Shown one piece after another: positions 10,573 to 19,972 of a stretch of 64,000 nt of DNA. The DNA is taken from the sequence record OR525701.1. The stretch is one strand, 5' to 3'. This DNA comes from Escherichia phage vB-Eco-KMB38. The first letter of the stretch is position 1; every line of letters begins with the position of its first letter. The notes beneath the pieces are model-generated. The model had not been told where the DNA came from. It saw only the letters and a program-made list of their open reading frames with translations, and did no database searches. The position numbers and the translations under genes were made by a program.

Positions 10573-10635
10573 GATATTTTCCTCATTTTAAGACGATAGG
10601 AAGACATGTTATTATCTTCCTATCGTTGTACATTA

Positions 10636-10848
10636 TTAACCGAACTTTTTAGCGCCTTTCCAGCCTTCGTACATAACTGCGCAAGTCAATAGCACGGCAT
10701 GTTGGCATTCTTTGTATTTGTAAATCCAGAACCAGCGTAAAAAGTCTTCATCCTCAACACCGTTGAGTTTCATATTGGCAAAGAATTCGGCACGTTCTTC
10801 ACGAAGTTGCCATGACACAATATTTTCAGGATTCATTTTGTGTTCCAC
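10636..10848 (-). CDS. hypothetical protein
   Basis: 70 aa ORF. Confidence 0.45.
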   Translation of the reverse strand: MEHKMNPENIVSWQLREERAEFFANMKLNGVEDEDFLRWFWIYKYKECQHAVLLTCAVMYEGWKGAKKFG

Positions 10849-10967
10849 GCCCCATTTTCATCGATGAACTTAATCCAGTCATTTACAGACCATTTAGTTG
10901 TATCGCCCTTTGGATTAACATTTAAAGTATATAATCCCTGCTTAAAAAGCATTCGTTTGATATTCAT
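10833..10967 (-). CDS. small hypothetical protein
   Basis: ORF 10833-11060 trimmed to the Met with gaggaaatt SD to avoid a long overlap. Confidence 0.35.
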   Translation of the reverse strand: MNIKRMLFKQGLYTLNVNPKGDTTKWSVNDWIKFIDENGAWNTK

Positions 10968-10974
10968 AATTTCC

Positions 10975-11268
10975 TCAACTGTAACGATAACATTCGTTAG
11001 CTTTACGTTTGGCTTCAGTATGAGAAGTATTATAATCATAATCTTCTTTACTGTAAACATCTTTTTTCAACTTACGAACTTCTTTGCGGAGTTGTCGATT
11101 CATTTCGTTCTTGACTTCAGAATCAACGCCTTTCATACGTTTCCATTTATCTGAGCGGAAGATGTTTTCAACCATGTCTTTGTGGCTAACACCGTCAGGA
11201 GCTTTACGCTTACCAAAATAGTCATAATCACGAACTTTCAAATCTTTACGACGATATGTTTTACCCAT
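10975..11268 (-). CDS. hypothetical basic protein
   Basis: Start at MGKTYRR Met preceded by gaggtac SD; K/R-rich. Confidence 0.5.
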   Translation of the reverse strand: MGKTYRRKDLKVRDYDYFGKRKAPDGVSHKDMVENIFRSDKWKRMKGVDSEVKNEMNRQLRKEVRKLKKDVYSKEDYDYNTSHTEAKRKANECYRYS

Positions 11269-11275
11269 AAGTACC

Positions 11276-11524
11276 TCAGAGGTTGATCGATACAACGCGT
11301 TTGATAAAATTCACTTCACTTACTGAAAGGTCTTTAAGACCGATTGATTCTAAACGCTGAGTAAGCGTCAACATCGGGATATAATCCCAATGAGTTTTAT
11401 TTGCTTGATAAGTACGAACGCCATTAGCAATTTCAACATGCAAATCGGAAATGGTAATGAATACCGGATGCTCGTCATTAACTTTAAGGGTTAGAACAAC
11501 CTTCTTTGAATCTAAACTAATCAT
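11276..11524 (-). CDS. hypothetical protein
   Basis: 82 aa ORF. Confidence 0.5.
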   Translation of the reverse strand: MISLDSKKVVLTLKVNDEHPVFITISDLHVEIANGVRTYQANKTHWDYIPMLTLTQRLESIGLKDLSVSEVNFIKRVVSINL

Positions 11525-11703
11525 GGTTTAATTTCCTTCGCAATTGAACAGAAGATACCACGGTCACAAAGCATTTCACCAATTTCTGGATATTTGATTG
11601 AACGGTACCAAACATCCAGGCTTGAAACTCTGGTTATCTGTATGGCATTACCATTGACAGAATAGTACTGGTCAACCTTAATTTCTTTATCTTCAATTGT
11701 CAT
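11521..11703 (-). CDS. hypothetical protein
   Basis: Internal Met (MTIEDKEIKV); upstream part of the long ORF reads through a promoter-like region. Confidence 0.4.
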   Translation of the reverse strand: MTIEDKEIKVDQYYSVNGNAIQITRVSSLDVWYRSIKYPEIGEMLCDRGIFCSIAKEIKP

Positions 11704-11869
11704 TTTATTTTCCTCTATAGTAGATGGTTTAATCTTAACACATTTATTGAGGATGTAAACTGTTTTATGAAAATATTTTTTGATTTGAGAGGGGCACAAG
11801 GAGATAGTGAAGTGAAGATTCCAATGGATTATATTAGAAATGAGATAAAGAAGACCAGGCGGCACCTGG

Positions 11870-12193
11870 TCAATCTTCTATGATATCAGAGTCATATCCT
11901 AATGAAATCAAGGACTTTTTAAACTCTGCAATATTCTTTTGTTTCTTATCATTTAAAAATATGACAGGATAACGAATATTAAGTGAAGTGAATCCTGCAC
12001 GTTTAGCAAGAGATACGATTAAAGGACGGTCATATTCAATCTTACCATTATTAGTGAGGACTTTATAAAATGTATAAGGAGCATTGAGCTCCTTTAAAAG
12101 TTTTGTAACAGTATAACATCCTGGACAACGTCCAACTTCTTCAGGGATGCCATAAATTTCAATCTTGTTCTTTAAGTTCGAGTTTTGTTCCAC
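11870..12193 (-). CDS. nrdH: glutaredoxin/NrdH-like redoxin (thioredoxin fold, CPGC)
   Basis: KIEIYGIPEEVGRCPGCYTVTKLL thioredoxin-fold start with CxxC; probable GTG start at 12191-12193; adjacent to nrdG/nrdD. Confidence 0.55.
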   Translation of the reverse strand: MEQNSNLKNKIEIYGIPEEVGRCPGCYTVTKLLKELNAPYTFYKVLTNNGKIEYDRPLIVSLAKRAGFTSLNIRYPVIFLNDKKQKNIAEFKKSLISLGYDSDIIED

Positions 12194-12476
12194 GAGAAAT
12201 AATTCCTTGGTAAGCCCAATAAGGAGGATTAACAGAATCCTCACCCGAGTTTTCTTCAGGAAAATAAACCTGGATAACGAAGCCGGATTCATCAAATGTA
12301 AAATAAACTGTAGGCAGTTCACCTAACAATTCGACACGAGCATTAATTTCTTCGAGATCTCGTTCACGTCCAGCCCAAAAACTAGGATTTAGATTACATT
12401 CGTAAAAATAATAGTCATTACCGAACATATCAAACCCCTTCCAACTCTCTACCACGTACCGCTCAAAACTAATCAT
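12159..12476 (-). CDS. hypothetical protein
   Basis: 105 aa ORF. Confidence 0.5.
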   Translation of the reverse strand: MISFERYVVESWKGFDMFGNDYYFYECNLNPSFWAGRERDLEEINARVELLGELPTVYFTFDESGFVIQVYFPEENSGEDSVNPPYWAYQGIISRGTKLELKEQD

Positions 12477-12478
12477 AA

Positions 12479-12694
12479 TTAAGCCTTTTTATCAAGAACA
12501 GAATTCAGTTTGTTAGTAATTTTGTCCAGACGCTCATTGAACTCACTAGAAGATAAACCCTTTTCTGGAGAAATTAAACTAATCACGAAAAATACACCAG
12601 TAAAAGGAATAAGAAAAATAGCTCCAACTGCCATAAACAAAAAGAACGTTACAGTTGTAAGAAAATCAGCTAAACCTTTACGAAATTTGTACAT
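12479..12694 (-). CDS. hypothetical small membrane protein
   Basis: 71 aa, one long hydrophobic segment. Confidence 0.5.
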   Translation of the reverse strand: MYKFRKGLADFLTTVTFFLFMAVGAIFLIPFTGVFFVISLISPEKGLSSSEFNERLDKITNKLNSVLDKKA

Positions 12695-12804
12695 ATTTAC
12701 CCTTAATTAACTAAGCATTGATAATCATTAAACTATATTGCGAATAAAATTCTGGACCAAAACGAAAAATCATATCATTTATAGTATCCATAATGTAATT
12801 CAAT

Positions 12805-13275
12805 TTAATCATGTTTCCACACCCCATCGGTATTTGACCAAAGACGCTGATTATCTGATCCTCGCCACAGCTTTTTAGTCGGAAGATTTTTCTCATACTT
12901 CCCATCAATAATAACATCAACATATTTAAGCATTTCTAGTTGTTTAATATCTTCAAACTTATATCCTGTCCACAACCAAATGCTTTTATTGGGATAAAGA
13001 TTTTTTACTGTTTGAGCAATGCGATGAATAACATCTCGGTTATCAGGATAGAGAGGGTCTCCTCCGGTTATAGTTAATCCTTCTATATAATCATTATTCA
13101 AACATTCAATCAATTGTTCTAGTGTTTCACCAGTGAATGGAATACCATTTCTAGCATTCCATGTTGATTTATTATAACACCCTTCGCATTTATGCAAACA
13201 ACCCGTAACGAAAAGAACGACCCTGCAACCAGGGCCATTCACAAAATCGCAAGGATAAAATCTATCATAATTCAT
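12805..13275 (-). CDS. nrdG: anaerobic ribonucleotide reductase activating protein NrdG (radical SAM)
   Basis: 156 aa with CxxxCxxC-type cluster (GCLHKCEGCYN), overlaps nrdD stop. Confidence 0.85.
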   Translation of the reverse strand: MNYDRFYPCDFVNGPGCRVVLFVTGCLHKCEGCYNKSTWNARNGIPFTGETLEQLIECLNNDYIEGLTITGGDPLYPDNRDVIHRIAQTVKNLYPNKSIWLWTGYKFEDIKQLEMLKYVDVIIDGKYEKNLPTKKLWRGSDNQRLWSNTDGVWKHD

Positions 13276-15089
13276 TGGTGTTTAACCCTATGCATGATTT
13301 CTTTATTTTTGCCGAGATTAAATCCGCGTTCGTTCGGATTTCCCAAATAACCACAAGTTCTTCTTATTGTGTTCATCTTTTTAGGGTCAGTTTCTCCGCA
13401 AACTGAACAAACAAATCCGTTTTCAGTAGGAGTCATTTCATGGGTACTTCCACATGTAAAACATTTATCTACTGGCATATTAACACCAAAATAATCTAAA
13501 TGTTGTGCGGCATAATCCCATACAGCCTCAAGACCTTTTAAGTTATTTTTCATATCAGGAAGTTCAACATAAGAAATGTGACCACCGGTCGCAATGAAAT
13601 GATATGGCGCTTCACGAGAAATCTTTTCAAACGGAGTAATATTTTCTTCTACTGAAACATGGAAACTATTAGTGTACCAGCCTTTATCAGTAACATCTTT
13701 TACACTTCCATATTTTTCTGTATCAAGTTTACAGAAACGATAACACAAGTTTTCAGCAGGAGTAGAATACAAGCTAAAAGCAAAACCGGTTCTTTCAGTC
13801 CACTGTTTAAGATGAGCATTCATTTTAGTTAAAATTTCTTGTCCAATATCACGACCGACAAGAATATTCAATTCGTGAATACCAATGTATCCTAGGGACA
13901 CTGAACTTCTACCGTTTTTAAATAACTCAATTATATCGTCATCAGGTTTAAGACGAACCCCGAATGCACCTTCTTGGTAAAGAATAGGAGCAACAGTCGC
14001 TTTAACTCCTTTTAAGGAACTAATTCTACACATCAAAGCTTCAAAACACAAATCCATTCGTTCATTGAACAATTCGGCAAATTTCTGTTCATTGAATTGT
14101 GTTCCAATATAAGAATCTAACGCAATGCGAGGAAGATTCAGTGTTACAACACCAAGATTATTGCGTCCATCAAGAATTTCATTACCAGTCGAATCTTTCC
14201 ATACACTCAAGAAACTACGGCAACCCATTGGAGAAACTGGAACTGAAGAACCAGTAATAGCTTTATTATTCTTAACCGAAATAATGTCAGGATACATTCT
14301 TTTGCTTGCACATTCTAACGCAAGTTGTTTAATATCATAGTTCGGATCATCTTTATAAAGATTAACACCTTCTTCAACGAACATAACAAGCTTAGGGAAA
14401 ATAGGAGTTATTCCATCACGACCAAGGCCTTTAATGCGGTTTTTAAGAATTGCTTTCTGAATCATTCGTTCAGTCCAGTCGGTTCCTGTACCAAATGTAA
14501 TTGTTACAAAAGGAGTCTGTCCGTTTGAACTAAAGAGAGTATTTACTTCATATTCATAAGCTTGGAATGCATCGTATACGTCTTTTTCTGTTTTAGATTG
14601 AGCATAATTCAACGCATCAGCGATTTGCCATTTTTCTGCATCTTCAACATGTTTAGCGTATGTGCGTTTAACATAAGGAGAAAGAACTTTATCGACATTC
14701 GCAAATGTAGTTCCGCCATATTGGTGTGAAGCAACTTGTGCGGTAATTTGTGCCATAATTGCAGTAGCAACGCCAATAGATTTAGGCGTTTCAATTTGAG
14801 CATTGCCTAATTTAAATCCATTCTCAAGCATCCCCTTTAAATCGACTAAACAGCAATTAGTAAATGGAAGAGCAGGAGAATAATCAATATCATGCATGTG
14901 AATGATTCCGCTTTCATGCGCATTCATAATAAAAGACGGGACCATATTTTTGGCAATGTGCTTAGACACAATACCAGCCATAAGGTCCCGTTGAGTTGGA
15001 AAAACACGAGAATCTTTATTAGCATTCTCGTTTAAAAGGTCTTTATTAGTTTTATGAATTAATCCTTCAATTTCTTTTTCAATTTTCAT
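13272..15089 (-). CDS. nrdD: anaerobic ribonucleoside-triphosphate reductase NrdD, uninterrupted
   Basis: 605 aa continuous ORF, C-terminal Cys cluster CFTCGSTHEMTPTENGFVCSVCGE and glycyl-radical region RRTCGYLG; no intron. Confidence 0.9.
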   Translation of the reverse strand: MKIEKEIEGLIHKTNKDLLNENANKDSRVFPTQRDLMAGIVSKHIAKNMVPSFIMNAHESGIIHMHDIDYSPALPFTNCCLVDLKGMLENGFKLGNAQIETPKSIGVATAIMAQITAQVASHQYGGTTFANVDKVLSPYVKRTYAKHVEDAEKWQIADALNYAQSKTEKDVYDAFQAYEYEVNTLFSSNGQTPFVTITFGTGTDWTERMIQKAILKNRIKGLGRDGITPIFPKLVMFVEEGVNLYKDDPNYDIKQLALECASKRMYPDIISVKNNKAITGSSVPVSPMGCRSFLSVWKDSTGNEILDGRNNLGVVTLNLPRIALDSYIGTQFNEQKFAELFNERMDLCFEALMCRISSLKGVKATVAPILYQEGAFGVRLKPDDDIIELFKNGRSSVSLGYIGIHELNILVGRDIGQEILTKMNAHLKQWTERTGFAFSLYSTPAENLCYRFCKLDTEKYGSVKDVTDKGWYTNSFHVSVEENITPFEKISREAPYHFIATGGHISYVELPDMKNNLKGLEAVWDYAAQHLDYFGVNMPVDKCFTCGSTHEMTPTENGFVCSVCGETDPKKMNTIRRTCGYLGNPNERGFNLGKNKEIMHRVKHQ

Positions 15090-15559
15090 TTTAAACTCTT
15101 TCTAAGCTGCTTTTTGAATGAAGCTATTAATTGTGTTTTAGTATCTGATTCATTATATTCAAATCCTCTTTGAAGCATCTCGGTCATCATTTCCTCTTTA
15201 CCTAGTCTTGAGAACTCTTTAGTTTTGTCTGGAACAAAATTAGGATGGATATTATTATCAGAATAATCTTGTTTCAAATAAGCGAGAAGAGCTTCAAGCC
15301 ATTCTAGGTAGTCGACATCACGGCCTTTAAGACCAGAACGGTTGAACTTATGCTTCATTTGACCTTCTGCTGCGTTGCACAGATTACAGAGTAATCCACG
15401 AACTCTACCGGCTTTTGGCCCGTTTAATTCATGGTCGTGGTCAAGATGGTTACCTTGAACATCAGGGTCTAATTCACGGTGGCAAATAGGACACTTACCG
15501 TTCTGTGCATCATAAAATTTTTGTTTTTCTTCTTTATATTTTGCGCCTGATAATAACAT
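15086..15559 (-). CDS. 49: recombination endonuclease VII gp49
   Basis: MLLSGAKYKEEKQKFYDAQNGKCPICHRELDPDVQGNHLDHDHELNGPKAGRVRGLLCNLCNAAEG, close to T4 endo VII. Confidence 0.9.
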   Translation of the reverse strand: MLLSGAKYKEEKQKFYDAQNGKCPICHRELDPDVQGNHLDHDHELNGPKAGRVRGLLCNLCNAAEGQMKHKFNRSGLKGRDVDYLEWLEALLAYLKQDYSDNNIHPNFVPDKTKEFSRLGKEEMMTEMLQRGFEYNESDTKTQLIASFKKQLRKSLK

Positions 15560-15594
15560 GATAAACCCTTACCTTAAATAGATAAGGGTATTTA

Positions 15595-16008
15595 TTAACT
15601 TAAACGTCTTTCTAAATATTCAATGTATTCTGCGGCTGCTTGCATCAGGTTACCTTCATAGCCGTCGTTATTTTCTTGTCCGGCTAATTTAGCTAAAGCA
15701 TAAGAAATACGTTCACCTTCGAATTCGCCAAGTCCACCATCACAAACTACTTGGTCAATTTCTTCGAGTTCATCTATTGAATGGGATTCCCAGAAGCACC
15801 AAAGAGAAGTATCACGGTCATAGATGCAAAGTTTCTCACCTGTGTTCAACATCACTTCGATAATGCCATGGTCGCCATAACCATCTTCGGTAGTAGTACC
15901 AATTACCTTGATGATCATATCTTTCTTTAATTCAGGAAACTTGACTTGTAGTTCTTCATCTTCTTTAACAATCTTGAACCATTTACCGCGAGTTTCAGAA
16001 ATATTCAT
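15595..16008 (-). CDS. hypothetical protein
   Basis: Start set at ATG 16006-16008 (MNISETRGKW) where the upstream small ORF ends. Confidence 0.5.
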   Translation of the reverse strand: MNISETRGKWFKIVKEDEELQVKFPELKKDMIIKVIGTTTEDGYGDHGIIEVMLNTGEKLCIYDRDTSLWCFWESHSIDELEEIDQVVCDGGLGEFEGERISYALAKLAGQENNDGYEGNLMQAAAEYIEYLERRLS

Positions 16009-16009
16009 A

Positions 16010-16180
16010 TCAATATTCTCTATAAAAGTTACGATGAGAACGTTTAGCTTTGCGAAGCTGACGTTTAGTAGGACGAACTGTAAATGGTTGTCCAGAGAAA
16101 AAATTCGGATCGGTTTTAATAAGCAAATACCAATCATGTTTGCCATTTTTTAATAAACGGTACAATAATTTAACTTGCAT
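16010..16180 (-). CDS. small basic hypothetical protein
   Basis: 57 aa from MQVKLLYRLL; K/R-rich tail; adjacent non-overlapping with next gene. Confidence 0.35.
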   Translation of the reverse strand: MQVKLLYRLLKNGKHDWYLLIKTDPNFFSGQPFTVRPTKRQLRKAKRSHRNFYREY

Positions 16181-16308
16181 AATAATCTCTTCCCATTTCC
16201 ATATCAATTAATTCATTTATTGAAGGTTCATCATAACACGTTTCTTCGTCGTTGTAAACTATTTCAACGTCTGGCTCGACAGTCTCCCAACGAGCAGAAT
16301 ACCACGGT

Positions 16309-16665
16309 TTAACCCCGGAGTTTATTGAGCTCTTCATAATCAATCCAGGATTCTAGCCCTGACGGCAGGTCACATTCAATGTTCCACAGAAGCTCTTCAA
16401 TAGCTTGCAGGCGATTATATTCTTCAACGGTAATGGTAACCATTGGTGCAACCGGTTCTGCCTTTTTAACCATCATATCGTTCATCAGGACGTAAAGGTC
16501 ATCACGAACGGCAGTGTCGCTCCATCCCCATGATTTGGCTTCGTAAGCTAATGATGAAGGGAGCACATTTAAAACTTCAATAATAGTTGGAGCATCAGGA
16601 CCAAGTTCATTGGCACAAACTTCGTATACATCTTGGAAATCTTTAAGATTTAATGAATATGACAT
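16309..16665 (-). CDS. hypothetical acidic protein
   Basis: 118 aa ORF. Confidence 0.5.
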   Translation of the reverse strand: MSYSLNLKDFQDVYEVCANELGPDAPTIIEVLNVLPSSLAYEAKSWGWSDTAVRDDLYVLMNDMMVKKAEPVAPMVTITVEEYNRLQAIEELLWNIECDLPSGLESWIDYEELNKLRG

Positions 16666-16683
16666 TTAAAATATTCTCGCAGT

Positions 16684-16980
16684 TTATTGTTCTACACATG
16701 CACAGGAAACTTCGAAGTCAGGACCACCGTATTCCCAGTGGTATTCACCAACAGGAATCCAGTCACCATGCTCGTTTTCTTCATAGTCCTCAGGCTCAAG
16801 GCCAACGAATCGCCATTGGACACCGATGATTCTATTACCCATCATTACTCGAAATTCGCCCCATGGATTATCAATAGCATACTGAATATCGTTCTTAGCA
16901 CGAGAGCACATTTCTTGATATAACAAAGTTTCTAATTCGTCCTGGTCATAAGGGCCTGGGAAAGTTAAATCGATATTCAT
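16684..16980 (-). CDS. hypothetical acidic protein
   Basis: 98 aa ORF. Confidence 0.5.
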   Translation of the reverse strand: MNIDLTFPGPYDQDELETLLYQEMCSRAKNDIQYAIDNPWGEFRVMMGNRIIGVQWRFVGLEPEDYEENEHGDWIPVGEYHWEYGGPDFEVSCACVEQ

Positions 16981-17240
16981 TTAAAATATTCTCGCAGTTG
17001 GTCAAATCCACCAATGTGACTTCCGTCAGGAGCAAACACTTGAGGCATCGTCAATCCAACATGTGTTTCACGTCCAAGCTTAGCCAGAAGCTCAGCAATT
17101 TTTTCTTCATCGAATACACCTTTTTCCGGCATAACATTAATGAATTCGAATGGCTGTTTCTTAACAGTCAGCAATCGTTTCGCGTTATCACAATAAATGC
17201 ATTTATGAATAGTAGAGTCATACCCGTACACTTTAAACAT
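16977..17240 (-). CDS. nrdC: thioredoxin/glutaredoxin NrdC
   Basis: MFKVYGYDSTIHKCIYCDNAKRLLTVKKQPFEF...GGFDQLREYFK, near-identical to T4 NrdC. Confidence 0.85.
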   Translation of the reverse strand: MFKVYGYDSTIHKCIYCDNAKRLLTVKKQPFEFINVMPEKGVFDEEKIAELLAKLGRETHVGLTMPQVFAPDGSHIGGFDQLREYFK

Positions 17241-17646
17241 TATTTTTCCTTTCATCGATTAAATATGCAATGCCAAATACAATACATGTAATAAAACCTG
17301 TGATACAGATAGAAACCAACAACACTGTACCAAAGAACCAAATCAAGTTATCTTTAGTAGTTTGTTTGATATCCATCTCACGAATTTCTATAGCTATCGT
17401 ATCACCTTTATTCAGAAGCGTATAAAACGACGGTGATACACGCCTGTCAAAAACTCGTCCTTGTTCATCTTTATAAACTGCAATAAATTCTAATTTAGAA
17501 TATTTTCCTGTAGATTGTCCTGAGATTAATTCCACTACCTCCACAGGAATTACTTTAGTTTCCATGTAAGTATTCTGGCTGTTCCAAATGAATGGAATAA
17601 TAGCAAAAACTAAAGCTGCGATAAAACAACGAAGGCTATATCTCAT
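17233..17646 (-). CDS. hypothetical membrane protein
   Basis: 137 aa, N- and C-terminal hydrophobic helices. Confidence 0.5.
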   Translation of the reverse strand: MRYSLRCFIAALVFAIIPFIWNSQNTYMETKVIPVEVVELISGQSTGKYSKLEFIAVYKDEQGRVFDRRVSPSFYTLLNKGDTIAIEIREMDIKQTTKDNLIWFFGTVLLVSICITGFITCIVFGIAYLIDERKNNV

Positions 17647-17951
17647 TATAATGTTCTCTCAAATTTGTGGAAGCATTTACGGCATTTCAATTTCAAGTTA
17701 TCAGTGGTCCAGTTAACCAGTTGGACTTGGATAGTTCCACATTCCGGGCATGGATGTTTTGCTGCCGATTTGGCAGCATTTTCACGTCGTTCAACCATTT
17801 TCATTATTTCGTTCCATGCCGGAGGAACGAACTCTTCTTCACTATGAATTTTATCTCGTTGAACAAATTCAATCTTTGAACTATCGTCAATAAACTTAAC
17901 CAAGCCATGATTAGTGCTCATATCAATATCCTCTAAAAGACGTAGTTTCAT
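17646..17951 (-). CDS. hypothetical zinc-ribbon protein
   Basis: 101 aa with CPEC...CRKC pair. Confidence 0.5.
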   Translation of the reverse strand: MKLRLLEDIDMSTNHGLVKFIDDSSKIEFVQRDKIHSEEEFVPPAWNEIMKMVERRENAAKSAAKHPCPECGTIQVQLVNWTTDNLKLKCRKCFHKFERTL

Positions 17952-18895
17952 TATAAAACCTCAATGGCATTTCGTAAACCGTCCGCTTTCGCATTCAGAG
18001 CTTTTAACGATTTAGTTTGTTCTGCAATCTGGGCTTCGACTTCTTTCAGACGAGATTTGAGGTACTCACGTTCTTCAGCCATGATATCAACCTTTTCTGC
18101 TTTAGGTTCTTTAATAGGCTTAAACACATTAGGGTTCTTCAGTTTAATTTTAATTCGAGAACTGAATAACATTGAACCGTTATCTTCGGTTTCGTCGAAC
18201 ATTTCAACAACATCCATAGTCTGTAACATCATACGAAGTTTATAAGACAGCGAACGAACGGTTTTGTTGTGCTTATTAATTTCTTCGGCTTTCATTGTAC
18301 CGAGATTACGTGAGTAATAATAAGGAACCTGGATATCAATTGATAATGATGCGTTACCATTACCTGTTGGTTTGAATACTGCAGTAACCCAATCTTTAAC
18401 ATGAACTTTATTTGTACGTCCATCGCCACCTGTGAATAATTTACGAGAATGTTTAAAAAGCATATTCACTTGGTTATTGAATTCACAAGCAAATTTATCA
18501 GCAAATTTAGTTTCAGGAATGGTAGATAACCAATCAGCTAAATGAGTCTTTTTAACATCATTAACAATAGTGAATTCAACCAAATCGGTTTTAGATGTCA
18601 CAGATTTAATAAAGCTCGGCTTCATAAAGTTTTTAATGTTATCGCGAGCTACAGTAGAAGATAATAAACGAGAACGTTTGAACCATTGAAGCAGTGTCCC
18701 TAATGAATGAGAATACGCATTTTGAGTATCTTTACAGATATGATTTTCTTGGCCTGTGTATGTACCAAAATCGCGAAGAATACCACTTACTACATCTCGG
18801 TGTGGAACATCAAATCCTAATGAACCAGAAGCACGTTGGGCATGAACGTTAGCGATAAGACCTGCAAAGTATTCAATGTAATGTGAACGTGTCAT
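17951..18895 (-). CDS. hypothetical protein, paralog family member 1 (C-terminal coiled coil)
   Basis: 314 aa ORF with own upstream promoter; shares local similarity with the next ORF. Confidence 0.6.
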   Translation of the reverse strand: MTRSHYIEYFAGLIANVHAQRASGSLGFDVPHRDVVSGILRDFGTYTGQENHICKDTQNAYSHSLGTLLQWFKRSRLLSSTVARDNIKNFMKPSFIKSVTSKTDLVEFTIVNDVKKTHLADWLSTIPETKFADKFACEFNNQVNMLFKHSRKLFTGGDGRTNKVHVKDWVTAVFKPTGNGNASLSIDIQVPYYYSRNLGTMKAEEINKHNKTVRSLSYKLRMMLQTMDVVEMFDETEDNGSMLFSSRIKIKLKNPNVFKPIKEPKAEKVDIMAEEREYLKSRLKEVEAQIAEQTKSLKALNAKADGLRNAIEVL

Positions 18896-18924
18896 AATAT
18901 TTTCCTCTCGTTAAGATAGATTCA

Positions 18925-18953
18925 TTATACTCCAACCATCCTTGGTTGTAAAC
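18925..18953 (-). promoter_or_regulatory. sigma70-type early promoter
   Basis: Minus strand GTTTAC-aaccaaggatggttggag-TATAAT. Confidence 0.5.
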
Positions 18954-18957
18954 TGAT

Positions 18958-19917
18958 TTATGATTTTAATGCATTCATTGCGTTAAAAAGTTTAGAGTAC
19001 TGCAACTGGAGATTCGTTACAACACTTTGAGCATCACGAAGCTTAGCTTGTGCTTTGTCAAGTTCAACAGACAGTTGGTCTATAGTGGCCTTGATTTGAT
19101 TGTAATGGTAATCTTCGGCCGGAAGAAGGTCATTAGAAACATTTAGTTTTACTGCAGACAGTTTGCACACATTTGGCAAACCTTTAAACATTGATTTACC
19201 CGAAGTAGAATAAGCACTTAGGACTTCGGCCTGTTCAATTGGGGTTCCAGTAAGCGATGCTTCAAACAATGCATTTTCCTTTTTAAGATTTTGATAGTAT
19301 TCAGAGTCTTTGTGCCACCATGGCGCAGGAACCTTTTTACCAATAGATACACGAGCCTGGATAGCGATATTGCCCTTATTCTTGATAGGGTCGATAATAT
19401 TAAGCTCACGAGAATAAATTGCTTTAATCTGGTGGATATTATCACCTAAAACTTCCAGTGCTTGGTGGAATACACGAGCAACATTATCATTCTTAGGTTT
19501 ATATGTAAGAGTGAACTCATTCTCACTGATAACCATGATTTCTAACTTATCGTAAGTATATTTCAAATGTTTCATGTTAATTGCTTGAGGACGAATACGA
19601 GAAGCAATGGCCATCAGATTGTTAAGGTTATTTCGGAACTGTTTAGCAAAATATTGTCCGCAGCCGCCGATACAAAAATTACGAAGTTTCTGTTTGGCTA
19701 ATAAACGGCTGAACTCACCATTTTTAATGAACTCTTTAACGGGTGTGTTAGTAACGCATTCAAATTGAGTAAACATACGAGAATTAATCCCATAATATGA
19801 ACAGATTTCCTCAATCTCTTCAGGAGTCTTTACAGGCATACGGATAGGATTAGGTCCTGGAGTATATGCGTTCGAGGTAAATTCTTTGATAAGTTCTCTA
19901 CGTGTAATAAAAGCCAT
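18958..19917 (-). CDS. hypothetical protein, paralog family member 2 (C-terminal coiled coil)
   Basis: 319 aa ORF with own promoter. Confidence 0.6.
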   Translation of the reverse strand: MAFITRRELIKEFTSNAYTPGPNPIRMPVKTPEEIEEICSYYGINSRMFTQFECVTNTPVKEFIKNGEFSRLLAKQKLRNFCIGGCGQYFAKQFRNNLNNLMAIASRIRPQAINMKHLKYTYDKLEIMVISENEFTLTYKPKNDNVARVFHQALEVLGDNIHQIKAIYSRELNIIDPIKNKGNIAIQARVSIGKKVPAPWWHKDSEYYQNLKKENALFEASLTGTPIEQAEVLSAYSTSGKSMFKGLPNVCKLSAVKLNVSNDLLPAEDYHYNQIKATIDQLSVELDKAQAKLRDAQSVVTNLQLQYSKLFNAMNALKS

Positions 19918-19944
19918 TTTATATTCCTCATGTTGAAAAATTTA

Positions 19945-19971
19945 TTATACTCCAACCGTCCTTGGTTGTAC
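19945..19971 (-). promoter_or_regulatory. sigma70-type early promoter (near copy of 18925 element)
   Basis: Minus strand GTACA-aaccaaggacggttggag-TATAAT. Confidence 0.45.
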
Positions 19972-19972
19972 A

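Noticed and set aside
12711-12923. 70-aa minus-strand ORF
   Set aside because: Overlaps the 3' end of nrdG by more than 100 bp in another frame; at most a 33-codon remnant could be independent.
13272-15089. Group I intron or homing endonuclease in nrdD, as in T4
   Set aside because: The reading frame is continuous at 605 aa with no interruption; no GIY-YIG or HNH ORF nearby.
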